This document shows, in pieces, positions 1 through 11,571 of a DNA stretch of 64,000 nt. The DNA is from Mobula hypostoma (lineage: Eukaryota). The notes below the pieces were generated by a model, which saw only the letters and a program-made list of their open reading frames with translations, was not told the DNA's origin and did no database searches. Position numbers and translations under genes: made by a program. The stretch is taken from positions 18,044,001 to 18,108,000 of the forward strand of contig NC_086097.1 of assembly GCF_963921235.1 (NCBI RefSeq), given 5' to 3'. Every line of letters begins with the position of its first letter. Position 1 is the first letter of the stretch.

Positions 1-1075
1 GTGGGGAAGTTTTAGGAAGGTCTTCTAAGGGACTGGATATATATATAATAAATATTTGGATAGACAGGGTTTGATTAGGGATAGTCAACATAGCTTTTTA
101 TGTGATAAGTCATGTCCAACCAATCTTTTGAGGAAGTTACCAGGAAAGTTGATGAAGGCAAGGCAGTGGAGGTTGTCTTCATGGACTTTAGCAAAGCATT
201 TGACAAGGTCCACATGGGAGGTTGGTCAAGAAGGTTGAGTCGCTTGGCGTTCAAGATGAGGTAGCAAATTTGATCAGACATTGGCTTTGCGAGAGAAGCC
301 AGAGATTGGTAGAGATGATTGCCTCTCTGACTGGAGGCCCGTTACTAGTGGTGTGCTACAGTGATCGGTGCCGGCTCTTGTTGTTCGTTATCTATATCAA
401 TGATCTGGATGATAATATGATAAACTGGTTCAGCAAGTTTGCGGATGTCACCAGGATTGGGGGTGTATTGGATGGTGAAGAAGACTATCAAAGCTTGAGG
501 GGAGATTTGATAGAAAATTATGAGGGTAGGGGAATCATGAGAGGCCTGTGTCGGGCATTTTCATGCCTTACAAGGCACAGATTGGAAATCTGTGTGGGGC
601 GCCACTCCTCACACAGACTAGAGCAATGTGTGATCAAGTGCCTTGCTCAAGGGCACAAACACGCTGCCACAGCTGAGGCTCGAACTAGCAACCTTGAGGT
701 AACTAGACGAACGCTTTAACCACTTGGCCAGGGTATAGGTAGGGTAAATGCAAGTAGGCTTTTCCACTGAGGTTGTGTGAGACTACAACCAGAGGTCATG
801 GGTTAAGGTTGAAAGGTGAAAAGTTTAAGGGGAAGATAAGGGGAAACTTCTTCACTCAGAGGGCTGTGAGAGTGTAGAATGAGCTGCCAGCACAAGTGGT
901 GGATGCAAGGTCGATTTCAACATTTAAGAGAAATTTGGATTGGTATATGGATGAGAGGGGTATGGAGGGCTGTGGTCCCCAGTTTAGGTCGATGGGACCA
1001 GGCATATTAATGGTTCGGCACAGACTAGATGGGCCAAAGGTCCTGTTTCTGTGCTGTAGTGTTCTATGACTCTAT
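1..1075 (+). mobile_element. CR1-type LINE, degenerate 3' fragment (RT remnant and 3' UTR), split by a SINE
   Basis: Remnants of DFSKAFDKV and LFVIYINDLD..KFAD, 3' UTR 'gatgggccaaaggtcctgtttctgtgctgta' and a tctatg-type tail; frameshifts and an internal deletion. Confidence 0.9.
529..729 (-). mobile_element. tRNA-headed CORE-type SINE inserted in CR1
   Basis: Minus strand shows A box tggccaagtgg, B box gttcgagcc and CORE-like ccttgagcaaggcact; 6-bp direct repeat agggta at 523-528 and 730-735; same family as 61407-61638. Confidence 0.85.
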
Positions 1076-1094
1076 AGAGGCATGAAATGTTACA

Positions 1095-1207
1095 GCAACA
1101 CACATCAAAGTTGCTGGTGAACGCAGCAGGCCAAGCAGCATCTATAGGAAGAGGCGCAGTCGACGTTTCGGGCCGAGACCCTTCGTCAGGACTAACTGAA
1201 GGAAAAG
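1095..1207 (-). mobile_element. Penelope-like element terminal-repeat fragment, 113 bp, with 12-bp TSD
   Basis: Matches the PLE terminal repeat at 11878-11990; tgaaatgttaca duplicated at 1083-1094 and 1208-1219. Confidence 0.85.
1158..1193 (-). ncRNA. Minimal type-I hammerhead ribozyme motif (intact core)
   Basis: Reverse complement reads AGUC-CUGACGA-A-GGGU-CUCG-GCCC-GAAAC-GUC-GACU: helix I AGUC/GACU, CUGANGA and GAAA core, 4-bp helix II, loopless palindromic helix III (ACGU), GUC triplet. Confidence 0.8.
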
Positions 1208-1353
1208 TGAAATGTTACACCTGTTTTTGAGTCAGATTGCAAGTTAGAGTAGTTGAAACATTTCCAAAACTCATTAGTCTTCATGTGGAAAGAGATGATT
1301 GTTTTTCATTGATATGTGCCGGGTTCAAGCTTTGTCCCCAGTTCCAATATCAC

Positions 1354-1655
1354 GGGCGCCATGGTAGTGTAGCAGTCAGAACAATGCTATTACAACTCAG
1401 CACATTGGAGTTCAGCGTTCAGTTCCATCATCATCTGTAAGGAGGCAATACGTCTTCACCATGGAATGCATGGGTTTTCTCTGGGTGCTCCAGTGTCCTC
1501 CCACAGTCAAAAGACATACTGGTAGGTTAACTGGTCATTGTAAATTGTCCTGTGATTAGGCTAGAGTTAATTGGGTGTTACTGGGTAACATGGCTCAAAG
1601 GGCCAGAAAGGCCTGTTCTGCACCGTATCTCAATAAATAGATAAATAAATAAATA
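1354..1655 (+). mobile_element. V-SINE (HE1-like)
   Basis: V-domain 'gggttttctctgggtgctccagtgtcctcccacagtcaaaagac', CR1-like 3' end and (aaat)n tail. Confidence 0.8.
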
Positions 1656-2089
1656 GACTTACCACTCAGCCAACTTCTCACACTGAGGTTGTAAAATAAA
1701 ACTCAAGAGAGTCTGTGATCGAATTGTTTGGAAAATTCATCTGTGTTGGCACCAGACTCACTGGATGGTATTCGTGTGCTCCATCTAACGCACTGGGGGA
1801 CCCAGTTCGCAGAGCTCTGGTTCCTGTGCTCCTTTGAAAATTCCCTGTTTCTGTTTCCCATGCTCCCTTCAAACAAACTGGTTTCATTGGAAAATTTTAC
1901 TATACAGTTGTATTATATATAGTTAAATTAAAAATATGTTGGAGTGTGATTTGTCATAACATCCAATTTCCAGTACTTATTTCAGACTCCTAGTATTTAC
2001 AGTTTTTTTAAATGTTCATTATACTTTGTAGCAGCTTTTTGAAAAATCCTACATGATTAACGTCTCATTAGATAATAACTGTCTTCCAG

Positions 2090-2205
2090 CAACTACAGAA
2101 AATTTTGGAGAAGGATGAGTTCCTGAGGGTACAAGTGGAAGGAGGTGGCTGCTCGGGATTCCAGTACAAATTCGTACTAGATAATACAATAAACTCAGAT
2201 GACAG
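2090..2205 (+). CDS. ISCA2: Iron-sulfur cluster assembly 2 homolog, penultimate coding exon
   Basis: cttccag acceptor; translates [38 protein letters not shown](R) with the A-type carrier GGCSG motif; ag|gtaaaa donor, phase 2. Confidence 0.95.
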
Positions 2206-2309
2206 GTAAAAAATCACTAGAGTTTTGTTTGATAATGCCACAAAATCTTTTTCTGCTGGGCTGTAATAGTCATCCATTGTAGCAAATGCATGCGCAGTTA
2301 CAGAATAGA

Positions 2310-2520
2310 CTAACGCACCCAAAATGCTGGAGCAACTCTGCATATCAGCCACCATCTATGGAGAGGAATAAACAGTCAACTAATAGAGGTCCAGATGAAG
2401 GGTTTCAGCCCAAAATGTTGTCTCTTTATTCCTCTTAATAGATGTTATCTGACCTGCTGAATTCCTCCAGCATTTGGGATGTGTTGCTCTGGATTTCCAG
2501 CTATGCAGAATCTCATGTTT
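2310..2520. mobile_element. PLE terminal repeat in inverted arrangement, decayed hammerhead at ~2388-2422
   Basis: Arm 2310-2380 is complementary to ~2417-2490; central 'ccagatgaagggtttcagcccaaaatgttg' is a mutated hammerhead core. Confidence 0.75.
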
Positions 2521-2680
2521 ATGATCTTGAGTTACAAAATAGGCTTTGTGGGGCTCTGTATTTTGATGGAAGACATTGGAGGAAAGGGATTTTAAAATCA
2601 ATCAGTTAGTTTATCACCAACTTACTCAGTTTTTTGAGGCTGGAACTATGCTTGTGTATGTAGTCTACCAGGTGTATGTA

Positions 2681-3207
2681 CACTCATTGGCCACTTTATT
2701 AGGTACAGGAGTGGATCCCGGTGTGGTTTTCTGCTACTCTAGCCCATCCACTTCAAGGTTCAATGTGTTGTACATTCAGAGATGCTGTTTTGCACACCAC
2801 TGTTGTAATACATGTTACTGTCACCTTCCTGTCAGCTTGAACCAGTCTAGCCATTCTCCCCTGATCTCTCCCATTAACACGACATTTTCGCTCACAAAAC
2901 TGCCGCCTACTGGATGAGGTTTGTTTTTGCACCATTCTCTGCAAAATCTAGAGACTTTTGAGTGTGAAAACCCCAAGAGATCAGCATTTTCTCAGATACT
3001 CAAACCATCCCCGCTAGCACGAACAATCATTCCACTATCTAAGTCACTTAGGTCACATTTCTTCCTATTCTGATCTTTGGTCTGAACAACAACTGAATCT
3101 CTTGATCATGCCTGCATTCTTTTATGCATTGAGTTGCTACTACATGATTGCCTGATTAGATATCTGCATTAATGAGAAAATGTAGCTAATAAAGTGGCCA
3201 CTGGGTG
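2681..3207. mobile_element. Non-autonomous Tc1/mariner element
   Basis: TIRs cactcattggccactttattaggtaca / tgtagctaataaagtggccactgggtg, TA on both flanks, minus-strand transposase remnant ARLVQADRKVTV; second copy at 33713-35080. Confidence 0.85.
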
Positions 3208-3876
3208 TATTTTAAAATGGAATCTCAATACTTATTTTCAATGCTTTGAATTTTAAACTTTTACAAAAAAAGCTCAAAGAGAATTTGCCATCAAGGTTCA
3301 GTTGGACAGGGTAACTTCATAATAAATGTCAGTCTTATCTGGGCCTTTTCTCGAATTTCCATGTTCAACTCTAGGTTTTGTAATTGGTAATTAATCCCCA
3401 CAGTCATGTCTCCAAGCTTTCATAAATTTAAATGACTGTATTGGGCCAGCCAAAGTATGTGCTATGTTGTATTGTAACCAAGATCTCAGACTTTTGTGGT
3501 ATCTCATTTTCTTGTGGATGGCAATAAGTTATATAACTGTTACACAAAGAATCACTTTCAATCAGAAGATTCAAAAAGGAATTTTCTACATATTTTGCAG
3601 TACTGAACTTTGCAAAATGAGACATTATTCCTTACAAAGCTTGCAACAGTATCTGTGTATTGTTTAACCTAACCATACCCATTATAATACAAATTTTTCA
3701 CATTAGTTTATAAAGCATTTGTCTTAAGGGATACTGCATGTATATGTGACTTGATACACATGACAGCAAGCGTAGCAAGACCTAAATTTATAGTTTATTA
3801 ATGTGAATAAACATTTTTTTTAAACTGTTAATTTTCTACCCTGCAAGTTAATGGTATGCTTGTCTTTACAAATTAG

Positions 3877-4051
3877 GGTCTTTGAACAGGATGGCGTTTG
3901 TGTTGTCATTGATTCTGATAGTCTGGAGTACTTGAAGGGAGGCACAGTGGACTACAGCAAAGAACTCATCCGTAGTTCATTCCAGATATTGCACAATCCG
4001 CAAGCAGAACATGGATGTTCCTGTGGGAGCTCTTTCTCCATTAAATTGTGA
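3877..4051 (+). CDS. ISCA2: Iron-sulfur cluster assembly 2 homolog, last coding exon
   Basis: ttacaaattag acceptor; phase matches the previous exon (AG+G=Arg); [57 protein letters not shown] with the CxCGxSF motif. Confidence 0.96.
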
Positions 4052-4184
4052 AGTGAAGAAGCTTATCCTTTCCACCATGTTGAAAAGATGCTCACAAAAA
4101 CAAGCTTGGCTAAAGAAAAATGCAGAGCCAAGCTTAAAACAAAACAATGTCCGATATTACAGCCTTGCTGAAGATTACAAAGAA

Positions 4185-4279
4185 AATAAATAGGTACAGA
4201 ACATTGGAGTTACATTATTTATACTTGGCAATGCAATACAGTGAGATGTTTTGAAACACTATGTGCTACTAATAATAAA
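4185..4279 (+). terminator. Candidate ISCA2 polyadenylation signals
   Basis: AATAAA at 4185-4190 and 4274-4279, downstream of the stop codon; which one is used cannot be seen from sequence. Confidence 0.45.
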
Positions 4280-5239
4280 GGTTGCACAGTATCTTTTATG
4301 AAGGCCTTGTACTTTTTCAGATTGAAATAATAAGGGCAGACAAAGCATTAAGTAATTGGATCCACAGCCCAAGAAATTGGAAAACTAGGTTCAGTGTATC
4401 TGACCTGAAGAAATGTACGGCACTGTGTCTGTTGGGTTTGCAGCTTTTGGTAGAAGTGGCTGTGTAATAGACTCTTACCTGAACTATGTATCAGTGACCT
4501 TTACTAGTTATCATTGAGATCCCAGTAAAATACAAAGCAACAGCTAAGATTTAACTTTTTAATTTGGTTTGGTTAATCTTGTTTCCAGAGTTCTGTTTCT
4601 AACATTGAATATGTTGAAGAGCCACAAATTTTAATAATTTTCGGACATTTTATTCATCAGACAAAGTTTCATGAATCTTGAAGTGTTGCCCATTTAAAAT
4701 TCTACACTAATTAAAACCATAAATTACAGCAGAGGCCATTCAGCCCATTTTCCCTGTAGTAGACCTGTCCCATTATTCCAATTCCCTGCCCTTCACTCAA
4801 AGTAGTACAGAATTTACATAATTTATTTATTTGATTGCTATTTGGAAGCACTATTGAATCTGTTTGCAATCCTTTTCCACTTCTTTCCCTCACCATCTAC
4901 CAACAGTTTTTAGTCAATTACCTTAAATTTGTGCCTGCAAGGGAACTTTCCTGCTAGAATAAGTTCAACCTATATTTCTTTTAGAATCCCTTTATATTGT
5001 CTGCCTTTATGAACTCTTCAAAACCTTCTCTGCTTAATGAAGATCAATGTTAGCTTCTCTGGTTGCCACTTGTGTTCTAAAATTGATTAAAACCTTAATG
5101 TGGCCAGTTGCTTCCTATTACAAGATGGTAACTCCAATATAATCATGAGCTTCCATAACAGCTGAGTTAAGACTGGTTTTCACCAAATCCTGAACTACTA
5201 GAGATCCTTTTTCCAAGTGTTCCTTTTTTTCCTGAGTTG

Positions 5240-5480
5240 GTACTAGAACATAGGCCACCGGTGTCAGCTTGCCAAAGTCCTCTGTCCTGGGACAGTCTTT
5301 AATGGTGTCTCCAGGTGTAGTCCATCTTCTTGGCGTATCCTTCCTCTCCTCAGGATGAGGTCTTTGGAGCCTTTGTTGGTGTTTCTATAACTCTGGGTTT
5401 TTAAGGGATGTGTTGCTAGCTGTGTGTCAAACCCACCTCTTTTTGTAGCCGGGCTGAGGACTGTCCATGGCAGAGCTTCC
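5240..5480 (-). mobile_element. RTE-related non-autonomous retroposon fragment
   Basis: Shares cataggccacc and (t)gaggtc(t/c)ttggagc blocks with 20205-20365; clade assignment tentative. Confidence 0.5.
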
Positions 5481-6113
5481 CTTGAGTTGATCTCGCTAAA
5501 AAATAATAATGTAATTACCATGAAGAATACATTCATTGTTGCTTTTTAAATTTAAAAGAAATGGAATAAGGGGGTTGTTGGGATGGAGGGGTGTGGAAAT
5601 CTTGAACAAACTTTTCCTACCATTAGTTTGCATGATGCTGGGCAGCTCTGTGAAGACGAGTATGAAGCAAAATTATGAAACCCTACTTCCAGTATTATGC
5701 ATAAAGGAAGCACTGTCAAAGTGAACCCTTATTTTATCTGTACTGGCGACTCCTCATTTCAGATCTGCTTGTGGAGTGTTCTGTACTCTGGTCACTCCTG
5801 AGTTCAGGCCAACATGTCCTAGTACAGAGTTGACTTGTATTAAATTTAGTTAATATAAGAAAATACAAATGGTCTCTCAGATAAGAAGGGAGAGATCATT
5901 TATATTGAAGGTCCCTGAATGGTGTAAAATATTTTTTCCTCCTAACTTCTGCTTTCCATATTCCTTTCTTCATCATTGTGTCTTTAAAAAGAACATTTGT
6001 TATGAATTTTAAATGTTTTTTTCTCTCTGATACCACTTTTGTCCTTGGCGTTTGCTAAGCATTTGCCAACTGAGGTGGAACTCTGCAGCCCGCTCAGTTT
6101 TATGCTCTAAACA

Positions 6114-6127
6114 TTGCCCTCTAGTGG
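6114..6127 (-). promoter_or_regulatory. CTCF-binding motif
   Basis: Reverse complement CCACTAGAGGGCAA closely matches the CTCF core consensus; lies in apparently unique sequence ~2 kb past the ISCA2 stop. Confidence 0.5.
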
Positions 6128-6149
6128 CACATAGAATAATAGATATTTG

Positions 6150-7350
6150 AGACCATAAGACTCCAACGCAGAATTAATGTCATTTGGCTCATTGAGTCAG
6201 TTCCACCATTCAATCATGGCTGATTTACTTTCCCTCTCAACCATAATCTCCTGTCTTCTTCTCCCCATAACATTTGACACCCTTACCACGCAAGAACTTA
6301 TCAATCTGCACTTTAAATATACCAAAAACTCAGTCTGTGGCAATGAATTCCACAGAGTCACCACTATCTGGCTGAAGAAGTTTCTCATCTGCTCTAAAGG
6401 GTCTGTGCCCTCCGATCCTAGACTCTCCCATTATTGTAAACATCCTCTCCATCTCCACTCTGTCTAGGCCTTTCAATACTCAGACGTTTCAGTGAGATCC
6501 CCACCCCACTGCCCCCCATTCTTCTGTATTTTAGAGAGTACAGGCCCAAAGCCATTAAACACTTCCTTTCATTTTCAGATCATTTTTGCGATACTCCTCT
6601 GGACCCTCTCCAATGTCAACACATCCTTTCTTAAATAAGGGGCTCACAATAATTCAAGTAGAGTCTGAACAATGCCTTATAAAGCAACAGAATTACACCC
6701 TTGCTTTTATATTCTACTCCTCTCGAAATGAATGCTGACATTGCTTTTGCTTTCTTTATTACCAACTTAACCAACAAGTTAGCCTATAGGAAATCCTGCA
6801 CTAGGACTCCCAAGTTCCTTTCCATCTCCAATTCCTGAATTTGCTTCCCGTGTAGAAAATAGTCTATGCCTTTATTCCTTCTACTGAAGTGTATTTCATC
6901 TGCCACTTCTTTGCCTATTCTAATCTGTCTAAGTCCTTCTGCAGATGTCCTGCTTCCTCCACACTACCTGCCCCTCTACCTATCTTTGTATCCTCTTTAA
7001 ACCTGGCCACAGTAGTTTCAAAGGTTCATTTTTTTTCAGATTATACTACTATGAAATTGGTCAATTTGCCGGGTAGCCAGCAATTCCATCATTCAGATCG
7101 TTAACATATAACGTAAAAAGTAGCAGACCCAACACCAACCCCTGTGGCTACCACCAGTCACTGGTAGCCAACCAGAAAAGGCCCTCTTTATTCCTACTCT
7201 GTGCTTTCTGCCAGTTAGCCAATCTCCTCTCTGTGCTAGTATCTTTCTTGTAATACTATGGGCTCCTATCTTGTTTAGCAGCCTTGTGCAGTGCTTCATC
7301 AGTCCTTTTCAAAATCCTGATAAGCAACATCCACTGCCTCCTTTGTCTGT
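6150..7350 (-). mobile_element. CR1 LINE, degenerate 3' fragment
   Basis: Minus-strand remnants RNFFSQIVVTLWNSLPQ and RLLNKIGAHSIT..WLTGRKHRVGI; CR1 3' UTR. Confidence 0.85.
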
Positions 7351-9699
7351 CTTGCTCCAACATACCCCATAGGAGCATAAACAAATTTGACCTTATGCCA
7401 CATAACGAAGACATTGGAACAAATGATCAAAACCTTGATTGAAGAAACAAATTTTGTGGACAATTATGAAGACCAAATACCTTGTAATCCTAAATAAATC
7501 GTTTATTTTCCCCAGAGAATGTAAACTGTTTAGAACTGACTCTCACTAAAGGAGAAGAGGTACTCTTCAAGTGTCTAACGTCTCAGTACCTGTAATTAAA
7601 TGATATCTATAAATTAGCATAAACATGGTATTTTTGTTCCTCTGCTGCCTTTTGCTGCATTCAGAAGGACTGTGCATATATCATAACAAAAAGAGTTGGA
7701 GAGGTCTGCTTATTGATCTTTTTCAGGAAAAGCAAATGGTGTAAGATTAAATTTATAAAATGCAGGAAGAACTCAGCAGGTCAGGCTGCATTTGTGGTAA
7801 GAAGGTTTTGAGCTGAGACATCAGGAAATGCCCCTCCATCATTTTGTGTGTGTCACTCTGAATTTCTAGCATCTGCAGAATCTCTTGTGTTTAAGATTAA
7901 ATTTAGCAAGTTTTACACAAGCTATTTTGAAGTGCTCTTCCTGACAATGTATGTTGGTCCATGCACTCTAAAAAGGAAATTAAAGACATATTTTCAGCTA
8001 CTTTATAAAATGAAAATCAGGCAGAATATACAAACGGTACACCAGATTGTTGTTGCTTGCTTAAAGCCTGTGTTCATATTGAATTATTTTGCAAGTGTTT
8101 TAATTAGGGTGCTGTAGGGAAGATCAAAGCAAGAACATGCATTGGCACAAATAGAAAGTTAGCAAATGCCATTCTCTAAAGTTCAATATTTGAGTGCTTA
8201 TTTTCTTTTCCTTTCCAGTTAGTTATATAAAGTTAATACCGTTGGACAGCTGACAAGTGGAACATTCCATCCCTGCCTGTCCTCAATCGGGCCTCCCTTC
8301 AGATTCAGATTTGTTGACAATGAATCTATTTTCCTTTCAGAAATACGTTGCTGAGTGAGAGAATTTGTTCTGGTAAAAGAAGGTTAGCACGCCTGTGAAG
8401 TGGGATTGACCACAGTCTTGAGTTAAAAGCAGATATGAAAGCACTATGGCAATTTTCAGCATTTGTGCTTTCTTATGTTCAAAGATAAAGGTGAGATGAA
8501 TTGTTGCTTTGTATGCAGTAGTGCAGTGGTCATCATTTGTAATGTGGCAAAACTTGTAAATGCTTTATTTTATGATATAATAAATATTTTGCACTCTTCA
8601 AGCTGTTTTTATTAATGCACTCTGGTATATTGCCAGTAGGTTTTGGTGAAATAGCTTCCATACCTTAACAAGACCTTGTAAAATACATTATCCAGTTAAT
8701 GTAGCAGGACGTGTGGATGTACACTCTGTGTTTCATTGGGTGACAGCCTTGGCTTTGCACCAGGACTTTTGTTCTTTAGTTCAAGACCCTCTCCAGAGAT
8801 TTGAAGACATGTTCCCGCTAAGTGTAGTTATATGGAAATGTAGCCCTTACAGAAGAAGAATCATTTCACATGACAGAAGACAAAGTTCAGAAATAAACAG
8901 TGTAAAACAAAGCTCTAAAATCAGGAATTACCAAGGGAAAGTTCTATAGTTTCACTAGGAAGATGAGCACTTCTCCTTTTGATAATATCATCACCACATT
9001 TTCAAAGAGACTGGTTGCATCTGACAAGCTGTTGTTTATGGCTGAATCCCCAGAAGACTGCCTATGGAAGAACATGATTGTAAAAGTTCTTCCTTTGATT
9101 TTTCATCTCAGAAATATATTTGACAGCTTGGCCCAGCATCATACCTGTAATAATACAAGTTTTCTGAATAAAATGCTTCAACCAGGCCTGCCTTCAGATT
9201 CAGATTTGTTGAAAATGAGCCCATTGCCCCCTCTGTAATGTGCACATTTTTCCTACTTCCCATGCATACAAATCTTTTGTAGTGACAAAAGCTGCAAATG
9301 GTTTGTTACATGTTATACTGAGGTACTGCTACACTGGGAGATATTTTGAGTTATATAATTATCACTCTTAATGAGCTTTCTAATTAAAATTGTACTAAAT
9401 ACTTAAACTTACTTCATAAAGGCTGAAAGACCCGGCAATAGAAAGAAAATGTCTGAGAGTAACCAGCAAGTTCTTACTGAAGGTGTTGAAGTATGAAGTG
9501 GGCACATAGTGTGTATTGCTTCTGCTGTTAATTGGGATTAAAGAAATATTAGCTTTATTCATCACATCTACATCAAACCTATAGAGAAATCCGTCATGTT
9601 GTGTCAAATCAGATCAACGAAGATCGTGCTAGACAGCCTGAAAGTGGCGCCACATTTTTGGCGCCATCATAGCATACCCACAACATTCACAGCTGTGAT

Positions 9700-10245
9700 A
9701 AACAGGAGAAAGTCTGCGGATGCTGGAAATCTAAAACAACGCACACAAAGTGCTGGAGGAACTCAGCAGGTCAGACAGCGTCTATGGAAATGAATAAACC
9801 TGCTGAGTTCCTCCAGCATTTTGTGTGTGTTGCTCTGGATTTCTCTGCAGAATCTCCCGTGTTGATGACCTGCTGTGCCATGCGAAGTCTCTTCGAGGGA
9901 TGCCTACCCAGAAGAACTTTGAATCTTCTCTTCAATGGGCGTTGTGAAACCCTCCCTTGCTGCTCCCCCTCTGTGATCTCTGCTGTCTTCCTCTTCGCCC
10001 ATGTACTCACCCAGACCCGCTACCACAGCCTTCTTCTCCAGCCATTGACCTTTCCTACCCACCTAGCTTCACCTATCACCTTCTCTCCCCCCCACCCCAC
10101 CCAACCTTTTTATTCTGGCATCTCCCCCTCCCACCCTACCTTCTCAATCCTGATGAAGGTTCTCGGCCTGAAACATTGATTGTTTATTCATTTCCATAGA
10201 TGCTGCCTGACCTGCTGAGTTCCTCCAGCATTTTCTGTTTTGCTT
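9700..10245 (+). mobile_element. Internally deleted mini-PLE (inverted stub, partial repeat, ORF start, full repeat)
   Basis: Inverted stub 9700-9799; direct repeat starting at 9799 and 10211; ORF-start remnant ..HVLTQTRYHS shared with the 11131 ORF; hammerhead at 10145-10182. Confidence 0.8.
10145..10182 (+). ncRNA. Hammerhead ribozyme motif, partly decayed
   Basis: CAAUC-CUGAUGA-AGGUUCUCGGCCU-GAAAC-AUU-GAUUG: helix I covaries with other copies and the core is kept, but the helix III palindrome is broken. Confidence 0.55.
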
Positions 10246-10974
10246 CCCCGCTATGAGGTGCTACACGTAATGAACAGATGACGTGCATCGTGGGAAGAAC
10301 CTGATACTTGCTAACTAGCCTAGATGCTAACTTTGACTAAAACAAAAGGATGCTGAATTATAACCATGATATAACAAAAATGAATTGGAGGAGATACTGA
10401 ACTTTGTAGTGATCTGCTTAGCCCATGGTTTAAACATTTCTCCTTAATCGCTTAGGTAAAATAGTGAGGTTCAAATTCTGCAGATGGAGCAAAGGAAGAT
10501 CTACAGACCTGGTGCCTGATGTCAGAGATAGAATGAAGGCTGGTGAAACTTCATCCAGGGATATCACTGTATATCATCCGTGAGGTAACCACATGGACTG
10601 AGTAGACAGTAATAAGAAAAGATATACACTATGTACAAATCGAATGCCACCTATGGTTGGTAATTGTCACTGAGGTTGCATTGTGTTGACTCAATGAGGC
10701 CCATGGTACCAATCATCTCAGAACTTGTTCAAAATGGATTTATTCAAATTTCTGGCTCATGTGGACATTTTGATCTATAACTTCTAGTTACAGTAAACAA
10801 ACATTCAGTTTGAGGAAGAACTCCGATTGTGTTCTCTGCTCTACATAGGCAGTTGGTTCATTCAGAATGCCTTTTTCCTATGGAATGGAAGCTGCAGAAT
10901 GAACATGACTTACTTGCACTTAATGTTTACATTTGGTTGATATGAATATCTTCTGTAATGAATAATATCTTACT

Positions 10975-11571
10975 GCAACACACATAAAAGTTGCTGGTAC
11001 CTCTTCCTAGAGATGCTGCCTGAACCTGCTGCGTTCACCAGCAACTTTTATGTGTGTTGCTTGAAATTCCAGCATCTGCAGATTTCCTCGTGTTTGCGTT
11101 TTTAAATTTACTGCGAAGCCTCTTCCGCTGATGCCTACACTGAAGAAGTTTAAATCTTATCTTCGACGGGAGTTCAGTGAAACCATCTCTCACTCCTCCC
11201 TATCTTTAATTTCTTCGGCTCTTCAACTTTTCGACCACATTTTGACTCAGACTCGCTATCACAGCCATATATCCTTTCTTGGAACGTGTCTCTCCCTAGG
11301 CCTCCTCTCATAGCCCTTTTGCCGATCACCTGTCCAGCTCTTGGCTCCATCCCTCCCCCTCCTGTCTTCTCCTATCATTTCGGATCTCCCCCTCCCCCTC
11401 CCACTTTCAAATCTCTTACTAGCTCTTCTTTCAGTTAGTCCTGACGAAGGGTTTCGGCCCGAAACGTCGACTGTACTTCTTCCTAGAGATGTTGCCTGGC
11501 CTGCTGCGTTCACCAGCAGCTTTTATGTGTTTTGCTTGAAATTTCAGCATCTGCAGATTTCCTTGTGTTTG
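10975..11571 (+). mobile_element. TSD-flanked mini-PLE with terminal redundancy
   Basis: TSD aatat(c/t)ttact at 10964-10974 and 11572-11582; inverted stub 10975-10998; direct repeat 10997-11096 vs 11473-11571; ORF start MPTLKKFKSYLRREFSET..LTQTRYHSHISFLGTCL fused to the 3' repeat. Confidence 0.85.
11437..11472 (+). ncRNA. Minimal type-I hammerhead ribozyme motif (intact core, UUCG loop)
   Basis: AGUC-CUGACGA-A-GGGU-UUCG-GCCC-GAAAC-GUC-GACU; predicted cleavage after 11468. Confidence 0.82.

Noticed and set aside
3851..3876. ATG start of the 66-aa ORF
   Set aside because: Intronic; homology starts at the acceptor at 3877, in phase with the upstream exon.
4049..4171. Stop-codon readthrough or selenocysteine extension of ISCA2 (open frame after TGA)
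   Set aside because: The protein ends at the usual position after CGSSF; no readthrough context or SECIS recognised.
7481..7589. Minus-strand exon-like segment (ttacag acceptor, gtattt donor)
   Set aside because: Stops in all three frames; cannot be supported as coding.
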